NCBI GenBank assembly: GCA_040954595.2
Contig: CM082579.2
Location: forward strand, 4,768,779-4,832,778
DNA: 64,000 bases
Source: Balanoglossus misakiensis
Taxonomy: Eukaryota > Animalia > Hemichordata
Direction: 5' to 3'
The notes beneath the pieces were generated by a model. The model was not told the origin of the DNA, ran no database searches, and saw only the letters and a list, made by a program, of their open reading frames with translations. Shown here piece by piece: positions 1 to 11,945 of the stretch. The translations under genes and the position numbers were made by a program. Each line of letters starts with the position of its first letter. Within the stretch, counting starts at the first letter, position 1.

Positions 1-66
1 TTTTTTATGGTGGGGTTCAAAACTACAAGAACAGAGATTGGCTACTGGTAAATCACAGTCACATAC

Positions 67-1324
67 CTGCATCTGAGATTCGGCCACATCAAAACCAATC
101 AGTATGTTGATGACATCAAATCCATGATCTGATATACCTTTGCGGTAAATTCCTTTGATTAGCGCACACAGAGTCTGTGAGTAAACATAAAAATATGACT
201 ATTGGTCTACTTCAACATGATATAAGCAATTCAGCCATTGGGAAACTTACAGACTGAAACCATACAACATTCTGAAAAGACAGGTGATGGGATGTTGTAC
301 CAATTCTTACCTGTAATGCGTTAACAATTCTTATGGGGTATTCTTCTTTCAATGTGAGGGTACATCGATAAAATAACAAATTAATGTTGTCCTACACAAT
401 ATAGAAAGAAAACAACATTCAGTAGAAGATAAATGTACTCAGGAGGAATATCTGATGTTTCTGAGTACAAATCATGCAGATTACAAAGTATGTACAATGT
501 ACTGATGTTTGCATATGTTCATGTACACCTACATCCCAAAGACACCCGCACACATTGACGCACACAAATTTCCAACTTCCACAAGCTTACCTTCAGCGCC
601 AACAGCTCATCAGCTGACAACCTTTCCAGTTCCTTCTCTATATATTGCACATTTGCCTAGAAAAGGGTACAGAGCACATTAAATTCTTTGGCAGCAAAAA
701 TGTGTGTTTTTTTCAGTAGAAGTTGTCTTTCTTTCTTTGTTTTTTCAGCACACATAAAATCTGATGTGACAACTCACCTTTAGTAAGAAGAATTCTTCCC
801 AGAAATTTGCATTTTCCCTCGATGGGTCATCTCCCTGCATACAAATTACAATGCATTTTATGTAATAAATGTGGTGACGTGGAAAATTTAAGTGCATAAT
901 TTCATATATTTATATAAAATCTCTACCTGTATCTATATCTTTCTTTCCATAGTATGATGATCAGAAGATATTTCCAGATATTGATATTGCATTGTATTGT
1001 ACTGCATTGTAGTGTATTGTATTGCACTGTACTGTATTGTGCTTCGAGTTTGGCATTAATTCATTTGAAAGAGACCATATGGTCCACTTTTAATCTCCAC
1101 AATAACCGAGTCACTCTGGCATACGAGATGTTCCGCTAATAGCTTCTGATACTGTAAACGCTAATTTTATTGATGCCTGTCATTTGAGTAGTCTGATCTA
1201 TGAGCCTGAAACAACTCACCTTGAAGAAACCATCATATATCTGTAATATCTTCTCTCGCAGTGGCATTTTGCTAGCAGAACCCTGTCGCAGGAAAGTACG
1301 TTTTCCAGCGTCACTGTCACCCAT
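67..1324 (-). CDS. ARMH3: Armadillo-like helical domain-containing protein 3 (C10orf76), first five coding exons; the gene continues off the left edge
   Basis: Exons 1220-1324, 778-834, 591-656, 311-391 and 67-174 are all GT-AG and phase 0. They splice to [139 protein letters not shown]. This is collinear with the recalled human ARMH3 N-terminus (LRKSSASKKPLKEKVV...FWEELFLMK...DNINCLF...PIRVVNALQTLCALIRG...GFDIINMLMGFD). Confidence 0.93.
979..1042. repeat. Degenerate pentanucleotide microsatellite (ATTGY/ACTGY)n in an ARMH3 intron
   Basis: attgc attgt attgt actgc attgt agtgt attgt attgc actgt actgt attgt. Confidence 0.8.
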
Positions 1325-3451
1325 TGTGTGCAGACTTTATCTCAGCACAGTCTTATCCATTTAGACGAACTCTTTTTTTTACGTTAGCAACAGATACTCT
1401 ATGTCATATGGTGGTGCAGATAGTGAGAGAGTTTACATGAGCAAGCGAGGTGTCTACAGAAATGAACAAAAAAGATGAGTGATGGGATAGTGAGTCGTTG
1501 GCATCTGTGACAACCAACACAGAGAAATGATTGAACACACTGTACTTGTGAGGATTCCAGCTTTACACTATGTTGTGTAACAAAATGGTGAAAGTATGAA
1601 ATTTTATTTGAAATAATACCAATGTTTACCAATGAGTCTGTCTGTTCCAGTACACACTCCCTTGCTCCACAGTTAAACTTAAAGATGCAGTCATTCAGTG
1701 CAATTTTCAAGTTTTGTTAACTTGCATGCAGACACCCAAGATACTAGTATTCACCCCCCAGTTCCCTCTTTAGAGATCCAACCTCACCATAGACAGCAAT
1801 GAGTTTGGACTGAACCATAGTGGTGAAAGGGTTAATGGCAGTGTCTGAATAAGGCAGGGTTCTGTGGATTATGCAGTGTGTTAAAGCGTAGCAGAAATAG
1901 AAACTTTGTTGTGAGATTAAGGAATTAAGTCGCATTGTGCTTAGCAAAGAAGACAAAAATGTTCATTGTTTGGCTTGACAGTACAGCATGCATAACCAGG
2001 GTACTTGTAATGTACATTGCATTTTATATTGTCAAAATTTATGGTGGACCACAGTGATTAATCATAATAGTGTTGACTGTTCCATTTATAAATTGGCACA
2101 TGCAGCCAGCACAGATGTAACGTAATCACTGTGACCTCCATAAACACAGCAGTCTATAAATGTTTGTGCGCTATACATGTACGTGTTCTAGTTTTGTGCT
2201 ACCTCTATGCAGTATAATTAAAACTAAATTAGTCTCTTTAAATTACGGTCGCTGCCAGTGGACAACAATACCAGACTACTACTGTTTTGATCATGGAGAT
2301 GTCTGTGGTGTACTGGTGCTAGTGGTAGATAGGCTATACTCCATAGAGTTCGATGATGTCACTGACTTTCTGCAACACACACGTCACCATTCGACATTTC
2401 CGTAAATATTTTTTTATTGAAAACAATGTCAAACAAAATTTCGTGCAGTGGCAATTTTGCTGCGTGACTTGTTATTGCAAGAGTTTTACTTTATCGAGTA
2501 TAATGCCAACCGACTGCCCATTGATTGACAACAGTAAAGGAGTGATCATGGTACAGAGGTGAACCGGTGCTTCAATCGTTGCACTGACTGACACAGACCT
2601 GCCCACACACAGACATCCACCAACATGCATTCTGGTATGTGATGTACACCCTCACATGAACATTCACCCATCCTCCCGAGAAACGTGACATTATAATCTG
2701 CACTGTTCGTGTTGCTTACCTTACATTACCATTAGATCTATAAAATTATGTATCCTGTATATACGAAAATGACTTCTCTCTAGGCGTTTTTCACGCTCAT
2801 TCGTCAACCTGGCACTCAAAGTGGCTTATTAACATAAACGCATTCGATTGGTACCGTTTGTTTTAAATTTGTATTTATCATGACAATAATAATAATAAAA
2901 AACTTTCTCGCAATAAATGTTAGAGATTTATCTTGCATATTAGACTATGGGTGAATTACACAGTATCTTCTTGGAGCAATCGTACGAAAGGTGACGTCGA
3001 TGAAAAGACAGTCTGTAAATGTGAGAATTGATCACAGCAGTTGCCGAGTGATGGCGCTATCAATGTCTCTTTCTCATGCTCAAATGCAGTCACTGATGTA
3101 CATTTCAGTTGTACCATTTCGATGTATTTGTGTCACATCAATACTTTAGAACGGTGTGATTTGTATATTCACTCTAAGTTAAACTTTGGTCGCACGCCCA
3201 CCTCCGAACAAAACATATTTTCCTGTGTAATGGGCTGGCTGAAACTCTGCATTGAAAAAATAGGATCTGCGTCTGTTCATGTGTTCATGTATATGATCAT
3301 ACATATTTTCTAATTGGAAATCGACAAAACTTCATTTTCATTGATTTTGACAATCACAGTACATGTCGTTGCCAAGCAATTTAATGCTTGCATATTTATA
3401 TTCACTACCATTCCTGTTCGCAATTTAACTTGGTTCAATGCCCGGGATGGC

Positions 3452-3872
3452 GGGAAATTTCACAAAAGACTCACGGTGATGTCACTTCTGAGACTGGCTC
3501 TCACATTGTAAAATCAGGCGCTCATATTGTGAGCAGACATTAGTGTTTCACGCACCGTGCACCAATGTTCACGTGGTGGCTAGTCTGATATGGCATGCAT
3601 GAGGCCGGTTAGCACTGACGTAGATAGATCTACTACGCATATCACGGACTTGGCAGCCTGCCAATTATGCAGGCAACTTTAAGTGTTCTATGTATTTCGT
3701 CCATACTTCGTCAAAAGCAGTGACTTTCCCAATCCTCACGTAGTCTGCCAAGAAAATTTAACGATTATAGTACGGGAAATGACAGAAATGAGTCATATTT
3801 TAAGTTATAATATGTAATGGGTGATATGCTAATTACCATGAATAATAACAAGCTTGTGCTTGGGGATTCCCC
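3452..3872. promoter_or_regulatory. Candidate NF-kB/AP-1 site cluster upstream of the TNFR gene
   Basis: GGGGATTCCCC at 3862-3872 (consensus kB site), GGGAAATTTC at 3452-3461, GGGAAAGTCAC on the minus strand at 3720-3730, and TGAGTCA at 3789-3795. A TATA-like TATAAG lies near 4061. Confidence 0.45.
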
Positions 3873-4354
3873 GTGTCTTTGAATATAAATATATAACAGC
3901 AGAGTCATTCCTTTTAATGACTGAAACCGACTCAGTGAATAAGCGGTGTGGAGTACGAGTACATATTTTATAGAGCGTGTTGCGCAGTTAAAATAACAAG
4001 CTTGAAGAAAGAGAGTAGCCGGTATCCTGCTGTTTCGACGAAAAAACAGGAAACGCCACATATAAGTTCAAGTGTAAGTTATATCGGATGATCTTTACAA
4101 CTGTCTATCGTTTAGCCTAGATGGCAACACAGATTTCACGGCATAGTTGCGGCTAACAGTTTGCCGTTATGTTGTTCGGTCTCCGTGATTACATTTCACA
4201 ATGCGGTGATTTGAGAGTTAACGTTTTCCCGTTTAATTTTCAGCCACATGCGACAGGTGTACTTGGGACGAATTAAGGACTTCAACATTTCCGCGCGCTC
4301 GGTTCTTTCTCAGATTTTTAAAGAAAGTTATCCGGCGAGATCAAATTCGTGACG

Positions 4355-7300
4355 ATGGTTGATTTTCGACCGGTCTGGGCCACTTATTGTGGCACAGTTC
4401 TTGCTTTGTTATGGTCCTTTCAGGTGAGTCGATTCAATTTACAAGACAGCTTATGGTTGAAACAATCAAAGCATTTTCCGTAAGAATCAGGTTTGTAGAC
4501 AAGGACCAGCGCCCGGTATATACAATCACTAGTTTTACCCCATTTTTCTATTTTGCCAGTTTTAGGTCACACATCGCTATTTCTGGGTTCAAGTTCAGAA
4601 ATTCGCTTTTCTAGGTATTATAGCTGTATAAAGTTAGATTTCATCCCTGCCACCTATTGTGAGTGTATTGTGATCATATTTACCTACATCAAAGTTAGTT
4701 GTAGTCATGGTGATGTGTAACTATTTTTACCACGACTTATGTTTCGTAACGAAATGTACATTTTTTGTAGGTTACTGCGCAAGTGAATTCGAGTGTATCA
4801 TTGCAAAATAGGCCTACACTGGCGGCGAACCCTGTCGCGTACGCTATTGGATTGGATCTGGCTACTTCTTCTTCCCAAACTGAATTATGCCCCGACACTG
4901 GTGGCAGAAATGGATTCAAATGGTTTTGGGATGATCAGCGGAAAAAGTGCAGAAAGTGTCCGAAATGCAACCGTGGGAGTCAACCAAACCAGGTAAAGAT
5001 GCTTACACGTAACACGGTAGCTAGTTACACGCACGTCGCACGAGTACCCGGGTCCAGTGTTTATTTTTATATGGTAATTTTTTGCCTTTTGGAACGGACA
5101 CGGGACACGCCCTTTAAGTTAAGCCATTTCAGCTGCACGTGATTATCACATGATTGGGAGGTGTACAATGAGTCATATGACCGAAGTGGTATAAAAGAGC
5201 AGAGACTCGCGGTAAATGGAGATTTTACGAACATGTAAATAGCTCTGTTGTAGTTGGTGTATATTGTCGATTTGGTTATACATGCATATACTTCAGCCAC
5301 GAGCTTACAACTGCTTGACGTCTCTTCACACACACCGCGCACCGATGGCGACGGCCTTTTGTGAGTTTGGCCAACAAATAATTTTGCACATGACATGATC
5401 TCTCTTTCTTGTTCTGTGCACTGCACCATAATAATATTAAGTGGACTGTTCTGGCCTTCGGGTGAGTACATATGGGTCCAACGACTTTGACGTTGTTCAT
5501 GTTAAATCATAGACAGTCACACTAGGGAGAGACTATAGTTTTAACCATGCATGGTTTAGCCCTTATAGAGCTGCATTGTCTAGTGTTACCATAGCGACAA
5601 GTCAACAGTTGAAAACTAGCAGTTGGCTGTTACACCATAGACCCTAGCTCTAGGGTCTGTGCTTAAATATTTTAGTTTAAATTTTAGTTGCAAGTTCTGG
5701 AAGTGTTCACTTTGTTTACATATTAAAATGATGGATTTAGAAATGATATTTTGAAAAAGTATAACTTTCCTAAGTTCACCCATTAGATCAAATATTTTTA
5801 GAAGTCCAGAATGATAATTTTCAGTATTTCCATTCAGTATTTCCAATTTCTTACTCCTTGGGTGTACTTTTTTTTATTTTGAGTTTTTTGTGTGTCAATT
5901 TTTGAGATACTTTCCAATACTAGAATAATGTGTACAAGTTCAAGCACATAGATACAGGTTAATTGTATGACACTCTAGCTGGTATTGATATTAGGGTGAC
6001 TATTAGGACTAATTAAGATGGGAATCTTTAATTTTGCTAGAATTTATTTAAGAAAGTCTGGTGGTTGCAATTTCCTTTTCTTTTTCAATTTCAGGATTGT
6101 GGCAATGGAATTGGTAAAGGCACTGAGTGCGAAGACTGTCCAGAAGGCAGTTATTCAGATGAATTTGGTTATCAGACATGTAAAAAATGTGACGTGGTTT
6201 GCGAGAACGTTGTCAACATCACAGTGTGCACCCGTTTCCATAATCATATCTGTGGAGAATGTAAATCAGGGTGAGTCTTCGAGCCAACCTTTTGTTCTGT
6301 TTGTGAGAAGTTTTTACTGTAGTTGAGTAATGCTGATAGTGTTGGACTATTTGGTCATGGTTGTATATATAAATGCATCGCTGTGATAACATTGACATGC
6401 ATATAGAAGACTGAGGAGATCCAGAACTGTGGTCACCCTCAAGATATTAAATTAATGAGCACATTTTATGTGCTTTGACTGGCTGTTATTTCCTCTTGCC
6501 CACTTGTTACAAAACATATCTACATCACTGGTACTATTTATATGTACATAACAGAAAATACCTTAGTTAAAATGGTAGCGTATGGGAAGGGATCAGTTGA
6601 CTTCACAGAATATCAAATAGGAACATTTTAGGTTTCAGATGAGTTAATCTTTCCATGATGTGTCACAGTACAATAAACATGCATTTATTACTTTGATAAA
6701 ATTTACATGTAGTGCAATTCAATTAATAAAAAGCAAATAATGAAGTATTTATACTAATCTGAATTATTTTTTCTTCTCAAATACACTTGTAGATTTCTAT
6801 GAAAGTGCCAGTTTAGCATATTGTGAGTGTATTCATTTTGCACTGATTTGCTTAACTGCAGTTTCTTCCGTGATGGGTTCGGAAACTGTGAGAACTGTCA
6901 GGTTTATGATCCCCCGGACCCAGACTGTGTGAATAGGATCACCACAGACATTATACAACAAACAACGTCAGCAGAAGAACAAAAAACAACATCAGCAGAA
7001 GAGGAAGCTGTCGTCAAGACTACTACAGGAGACAGAGTCAGTGTTAGTAATCTAGAATATCATGACCCGTCTTCTTCACAGATACCTGCAGCTGCATATG
7101 ACGTGGAGATTAATGCAGAAGAAGGTAGATATGTACTCTTAAAACTCACAAAGCATTCAGACCTCAGATGTCTGCATTATAGTAGGTCTAGAACTTGCAT
7201 AACTTTTGGTTGTAGAAATCCTGGTGGATAACAGCCCTGCAATTCCTTGTAGATATGCAGCCCTTTGCCTCTTTAACAAATTCTTCAAGATACATGTACA

Positions 7301-9491
7301 TACTTTTCTGTACCATTATTTCACAGGTGAGCCGGGAAATGGTGCTGTAGTTGTAACAAACAGTTCCCATTACCTGATAGCAACCACCGTGTCATGTGCC
7401 ATTGCGCTGATTTTCGTCATTGCATGCATTGTGACAGTGGTCCGGTCAAATACATGTAGATGGAATCATAGCCGTCGCCGTGTCCCGGGTCCAAAGACAA
7501 AAAATAAGGCGGATGATCCAGAAAACAATAATCTGAATTCATCTCATTCTGATGGAGAAGTTGTTGAAGGTATGTATTGCTTTCAAATAAACTGGTCAAA
7601 TATTGAGAGTTTGGAGGTTTTTGGAAATAAGTAAATCCATAGAAACCCAGTTTCTAGTGTTGCCAGTGATGTATAACCTACCCCTGTGCACATGGAACAA
7701 TTCAGTGTCACTTTTAGGTCTATTGTTGTTTTCATGTGGGAAAAATATCAGCTTTGACAATGCCATACACTTAGCAATTTTTTATGATGCAACCTTCAAG
7801 TTGGCCAATTGCAGCGTCCAATGTGGACCTACCATAATTCTCAGTAAAATCGAAAGATCTGCTAGCTCGCCTTAGTGTTGTTGTTACAACAAGGAGTTAT
7901 TTAAATTTGTATGTTGATCATTTAGTTTCCAACCGTGGTTATTGTTCATAATAATTTCCAGTTGATGTGGAAGATCAAAAAGTGACCTTTAAAAAAGAAA
8001 GTGGGAAGACCAGTGAAGGCTTTCCGGGGAATTCAAGAGATAAAGATGACAGGTAAGTGAATATTATTTAATATATTTGCAATGTATTGCCGTCATTCTG
8101 TTACATTGTCATTTCCCTACACCTCTGCATAAGGTTAGGATTACAAAATACGTGCTGCCCCAATAATATTCTCTTTGAATTGGGCATTATTTTTTCATGG
8201 AAAAGCCAAATTGTAAAATGCATACATATTACTAACTTACTTAACATAATCTGTAATGCTTCAATGATAATTCACAGCTCAATTGAAGATCCAGTTGAGC
8301 TTGTACAGGCAGTTGAAGTCAATGGCATGCTCAGCCCAAGACACCAACAACAGAAGGGAACCATGGTCGGCTGTTTTCCGAAAGCTAAACCACCCTCCAA
8401 GTATGATTCTGCAGAGAAGGAGAGTGATCCGCTACTGTCCAGGAGGAATGCAAAGGAAAGTGGGAAGGAAAAGAGGAGACATCGACACGGCAGCAACAAC
8501 AGCACCGGAAGTCAGATAATGCTCGATGAGGAGGACACTTCCGACATTGTGATGGACACTGGGAAACGAACGAAGAGACGCCGGCATGGTAGTGAGAACA
8601 GTGGTGAAAGTGAGAGAATGCTCGGGCAGGAGGAGGACGTATTCGAAAGTCATCCGTCAGATGAGAAGACAATGCCAAACAATACATCTTCCAGGAGAAT
8701 GGCATCGCTGGCAGACACAGCTGTTGACAAGACCACTCTTCGTTGCAACTCTGCTTCACGGGAAGATGAGCAGATCAGAGCTAAGCAACAGTCAGAAATG
8801 CTCTTGCATGTAAGCTTTATGGTCTATAAAATAATTTAATGATGTCTATAAACAATCACAGTTCATGTTTTCAACATCTGATGAAACATAACCATGAATG
8901 CCCAGAAGCAAAGCAGGATGACTAAAACTCCTTTCTTTGTGTTGTTCTTCACAGAAACAGAAAATGGAGAAATTAAGACAGGAAAAGTATGACAAAGCAT
9001 TGGCGCTGGCTAAAGGTGAGTTTAGTTTTGCATGCAATTCAGAATACATCACTTTTTTTCCCAACAAATGTGAGTTTCACCTAAAGATCAGTCACAGGTG
9101 TGTTTAAAGTTTCAATATCCATTTTTTGTCAACTTTTCTCTGTTGTCCATCACCAGGAAAACAAATCGAAGATCTATTGAATGACAGAGAGAAAACAGAC
9201 GACATAACGGCGCTTCTGACACCCCCGAAGCATGCAACGAATTCAGTTGAACCTACCAAATATTACCCTGCCCTCCTTCCACATTCGGGCATCGACCGCA
9301 AGTACTGGACCACAATAAATAATGCGAGGGAGATTTTTGACAACATGCAGAAGACGATGAAGCAAACTCACGACATGGCGAAGATTCTGGAGATGCTTCG
9401 GCAGATCGATAGGGGGGATGTTGTCGATGAATTGTGTGCGTGGATTGTTGAAAAATATGGCAGTTCGTCGACTGCAGAGTCGTCTGTTTGA
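4355..9491 (+). CDS. TNF receptor superfamily member, EDAR/TROY/XEDAR-like, with C-terminal death domain (~663 aa, 9 coding exons)
   Basis: Exons 4355-4423, 4771-4992, 6095-6270, 6862-7124, 7327-7569, 7962-8052, 8278-8809, 8955-9015 and 9157-9491 join in frame (1992 nt). Product has a signal peptide (MVDFRPVWATYCGTVLALLWSFQ), TNFR cysteine-rich domains (CRKCPKCNRGSQPNQDCGNGIGKGTECEDCPEGSYSDEFGYQTCKKCDVVC...CTRFHNHICGECKSGFFR), a Thr/Ser stalk, a TM helix (LIATTVSCAIALIFVIACIVTVV) and a death-domain-like end (KILEMLRQIDRGDVVDELCAWI). Confidence 0.88.
5507..5661. mobile_element. Possible small non-autonomous element remnant with terminal palindrome (TNFR intron 2)
   Basis: Hairpin CATAGACCCTAG-ct-CTAGGGTCTGTG at 5636-5661 and a related CATAGAC start at ~5508. 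No second copy is in the window. Confidence 0.3.
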
Positions 9492-10076
9492 ATGTGTAAA
9501 ATTGTTCTTTTGCAAATCTGCTATGAAAGTAAGATTTCTTTGTAAAGTAATCAGAATGCAAAATCGGCTTTTCAGACTTATAAAAAAAAAATTTTCTTGA
9601 AATATCCCCAACTTGTTACTACAGTATGTGCAGATTCTATTTAAATTACTTGTCCAAAATAGTACATAATGTTAGCCTCAGTCCAGACAGCCTCTTTCCT
9701 GGCTGCAAAGGTCAGGAGATATGACTTCCCTTATGGCAGTTCTGTAAACTTGCCACTTTGGCCAGATAATTATCCCAGAGTCTAAGTTTGGCTGTTCAAG
9801 ACATTTGCTAGACAGGAAATTATATTTACCAAGTTATTTACTTAATACTGTATTTAATTCCAAGTTATTTATCTGTGTACATATTTTAAAAAGCAACAGA
9901 ATAATGCAAAACTGTATATTACATGTATTCAGGGTTTATGGAATGGTACTTCTTATTGTTTAAATTTACAAGAAATTGTAATATTTACATTGCACTAAAA
10001 GGCGGTGTATTGTGGCTCTTTGTCAATAGCGCACATGCATGTACGTGCATGTTTAACAGTACATCAACCTGATTAA

Positions 10077-10323
10077 AATCAGATGTAGGGAACGGCGACG
10101 TGGTTTTTTTTATGCTGTCGCCTCACACTACATCTGACCAACTCTCACTAGAGCTCCCGTTGAAATCGCGCATTCCGACCCGGCCAATCAGATTGCATGT
10201 TACGTCGACCGCACTGGAGGAAACAAAAACCCAAGAATTGCTCCAGCTCCAGTGGGAGTTGGTCAGATGTAGTGTGAGGCGACAGCATAAAAAAAAACAC
10301 GTCGCCGTTCCCTACATCTGATT
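10077..10323. mobile_element. MITE-like element with ~79-bp terminal inverted repeats
   Basis: 10077-10155 (AATCAGATGTAGGGAACGGCGACGTG...CTACATCTGACCAACTCTCACTAGAGCT) and 10245-10323 are reverse complements with 3 mismatches by manual count. The ~90-bp core is non-coding. No clear target-site duplication. Confidence 0.8.
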
Positions 10324-11945
10324 GAACAGTACATGTACAATACATTGGTAGTGTTTATATTATAAGGCCTTTGATCCCATAGGCACTGATTGTGACATAA
10401 AGATCACACGTATATATATATAGTTGTTGTATTGTCTAGAAGCGGAACAAGCTTTAGATATATCTGCATAAGTCGTGGAAATTTAATTTCAATCGAGACA
10501 TGCTATTGTTAAATTTAGTAGCAGCAGTCTGATGACTGCTGTAAAAGGACGATTTAGGGTGTTACATGTATGTTGAGTGAAATCACTGACATGCAAGTTT
10601 TCGTGGAGAAGTGAAAAGTATATACTGCATATTGAGATATTCTTTGTGTTCCATTTATACAAAAGGGGTAGAATCCTAGGGTGTACGGTATTATCACATT
10701 TTTTTGTGTTGATGCGACACATATACAGAGCATGCTTAATGCGTTTTCAACAAGGATCTAGTACAGGCAGAGTTCAGTGTACTGGTATATTAAACCAGTT
10801 CTGTTTTCCATGCAGTACTATTTTGCAAACATGATATTTGTCACTTTGCTTCTGCTGGGAATGTGGTGTTCAGTCATTCACCTTGTTCGATCAACAGAAA
10901 AACATTCCATTTCAATGAAAGACATGTTATATCATATTGTAACATTCCTTGTAGACTCTCACAGCCCCACTCACCACCTTTGTAAACTTATCCTCCTATT
11001 GAATTTGCATCCTCAGTAAGGTGAGTTTCTCAGCTGCCAAGCCAGCAAAGCCAACTAGCAAAACACCATGCTGGCTTCATGTGTTTGTCTTGCATAAACC
11101 GATATATTGACATGAGAGTGCATGAGGTAAGGGCCTCCCAGCTGAACGTGGGCTGTGAGTGTGTCCTGGTAAACTTCCAAATGAGAACAATGCAATTTTT
11201 TCAAAAACTGTTCCTACCTGTGAATTGTGCTGTCGTGCACATCACAGTGTATCTCGATTGTTTTCAATGAAGTCTGTTTTATTTTCTTGATACATTACAA
11301 TAATGCCTGTATCTTTTTATTTTCATACTTTTCTATTTTTCTATGAATGAGAACAATTGGGATGTCTGACACCTGCAGCTTTAGCTGGGTGTGAACATAA
11401 AATAAAAGTTGAGTGTGACTCAAATAAAATTGTGGTACATGTAGTTCTATTTACTGTGTTAGTTAAATTGTGGCTATCTTCCTCAAAGTGTCAAGTGTGA
11501 GTTCTCCAAACTCTTGCTAATGTATTTCACTTTGTAAGTGCGCCATCTAACAATAAACGTTGGAAATCTGTCTCCTGATGGCGTTCATAAACAAAAGAAG
11601 TGCCCGCTTTGCCCGCTGCAGGTCAAATCTCTATGAGACGAAACTCAAATTGTTTTGCATAACAACTCTTTCCCTTACCAATGACAATCAAGGATGATGG
11701 ATGGATGGACAATTTGACACTGTGCTTTTAGTTTTATTAGTGTAATTTAACATAATATACATATAGTTAAATATGCTTAAAATTTAAATAACTCGAGATT
11801 CGAGACCCGTCCACTGCACACTATTCGTGGTACCTTTGCTGAGAATTCCGGCGTGGTGACAACTTTAATATTCTGAATCGTTGCCATGTGTATGTAAATG
11901 CTGTCAAGTTATACGCCATCTCCTAAAGTTTCAATATTTTCCGGG

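Noticed and set aside
6793-6861. Alternative acceptor (tgtag at 6788-6792) for TNFR exon 4
   Set aside because: Gives an immediate in-frame stop after the phase-2 donor. The acceptor at 6860-6861 restores GFFRDG.
10916-10926. TGAAAGACATG resembling the 5' end of miR-71
   Set aside because: The match stops after 11 nt and no precursor hairpin is evident.
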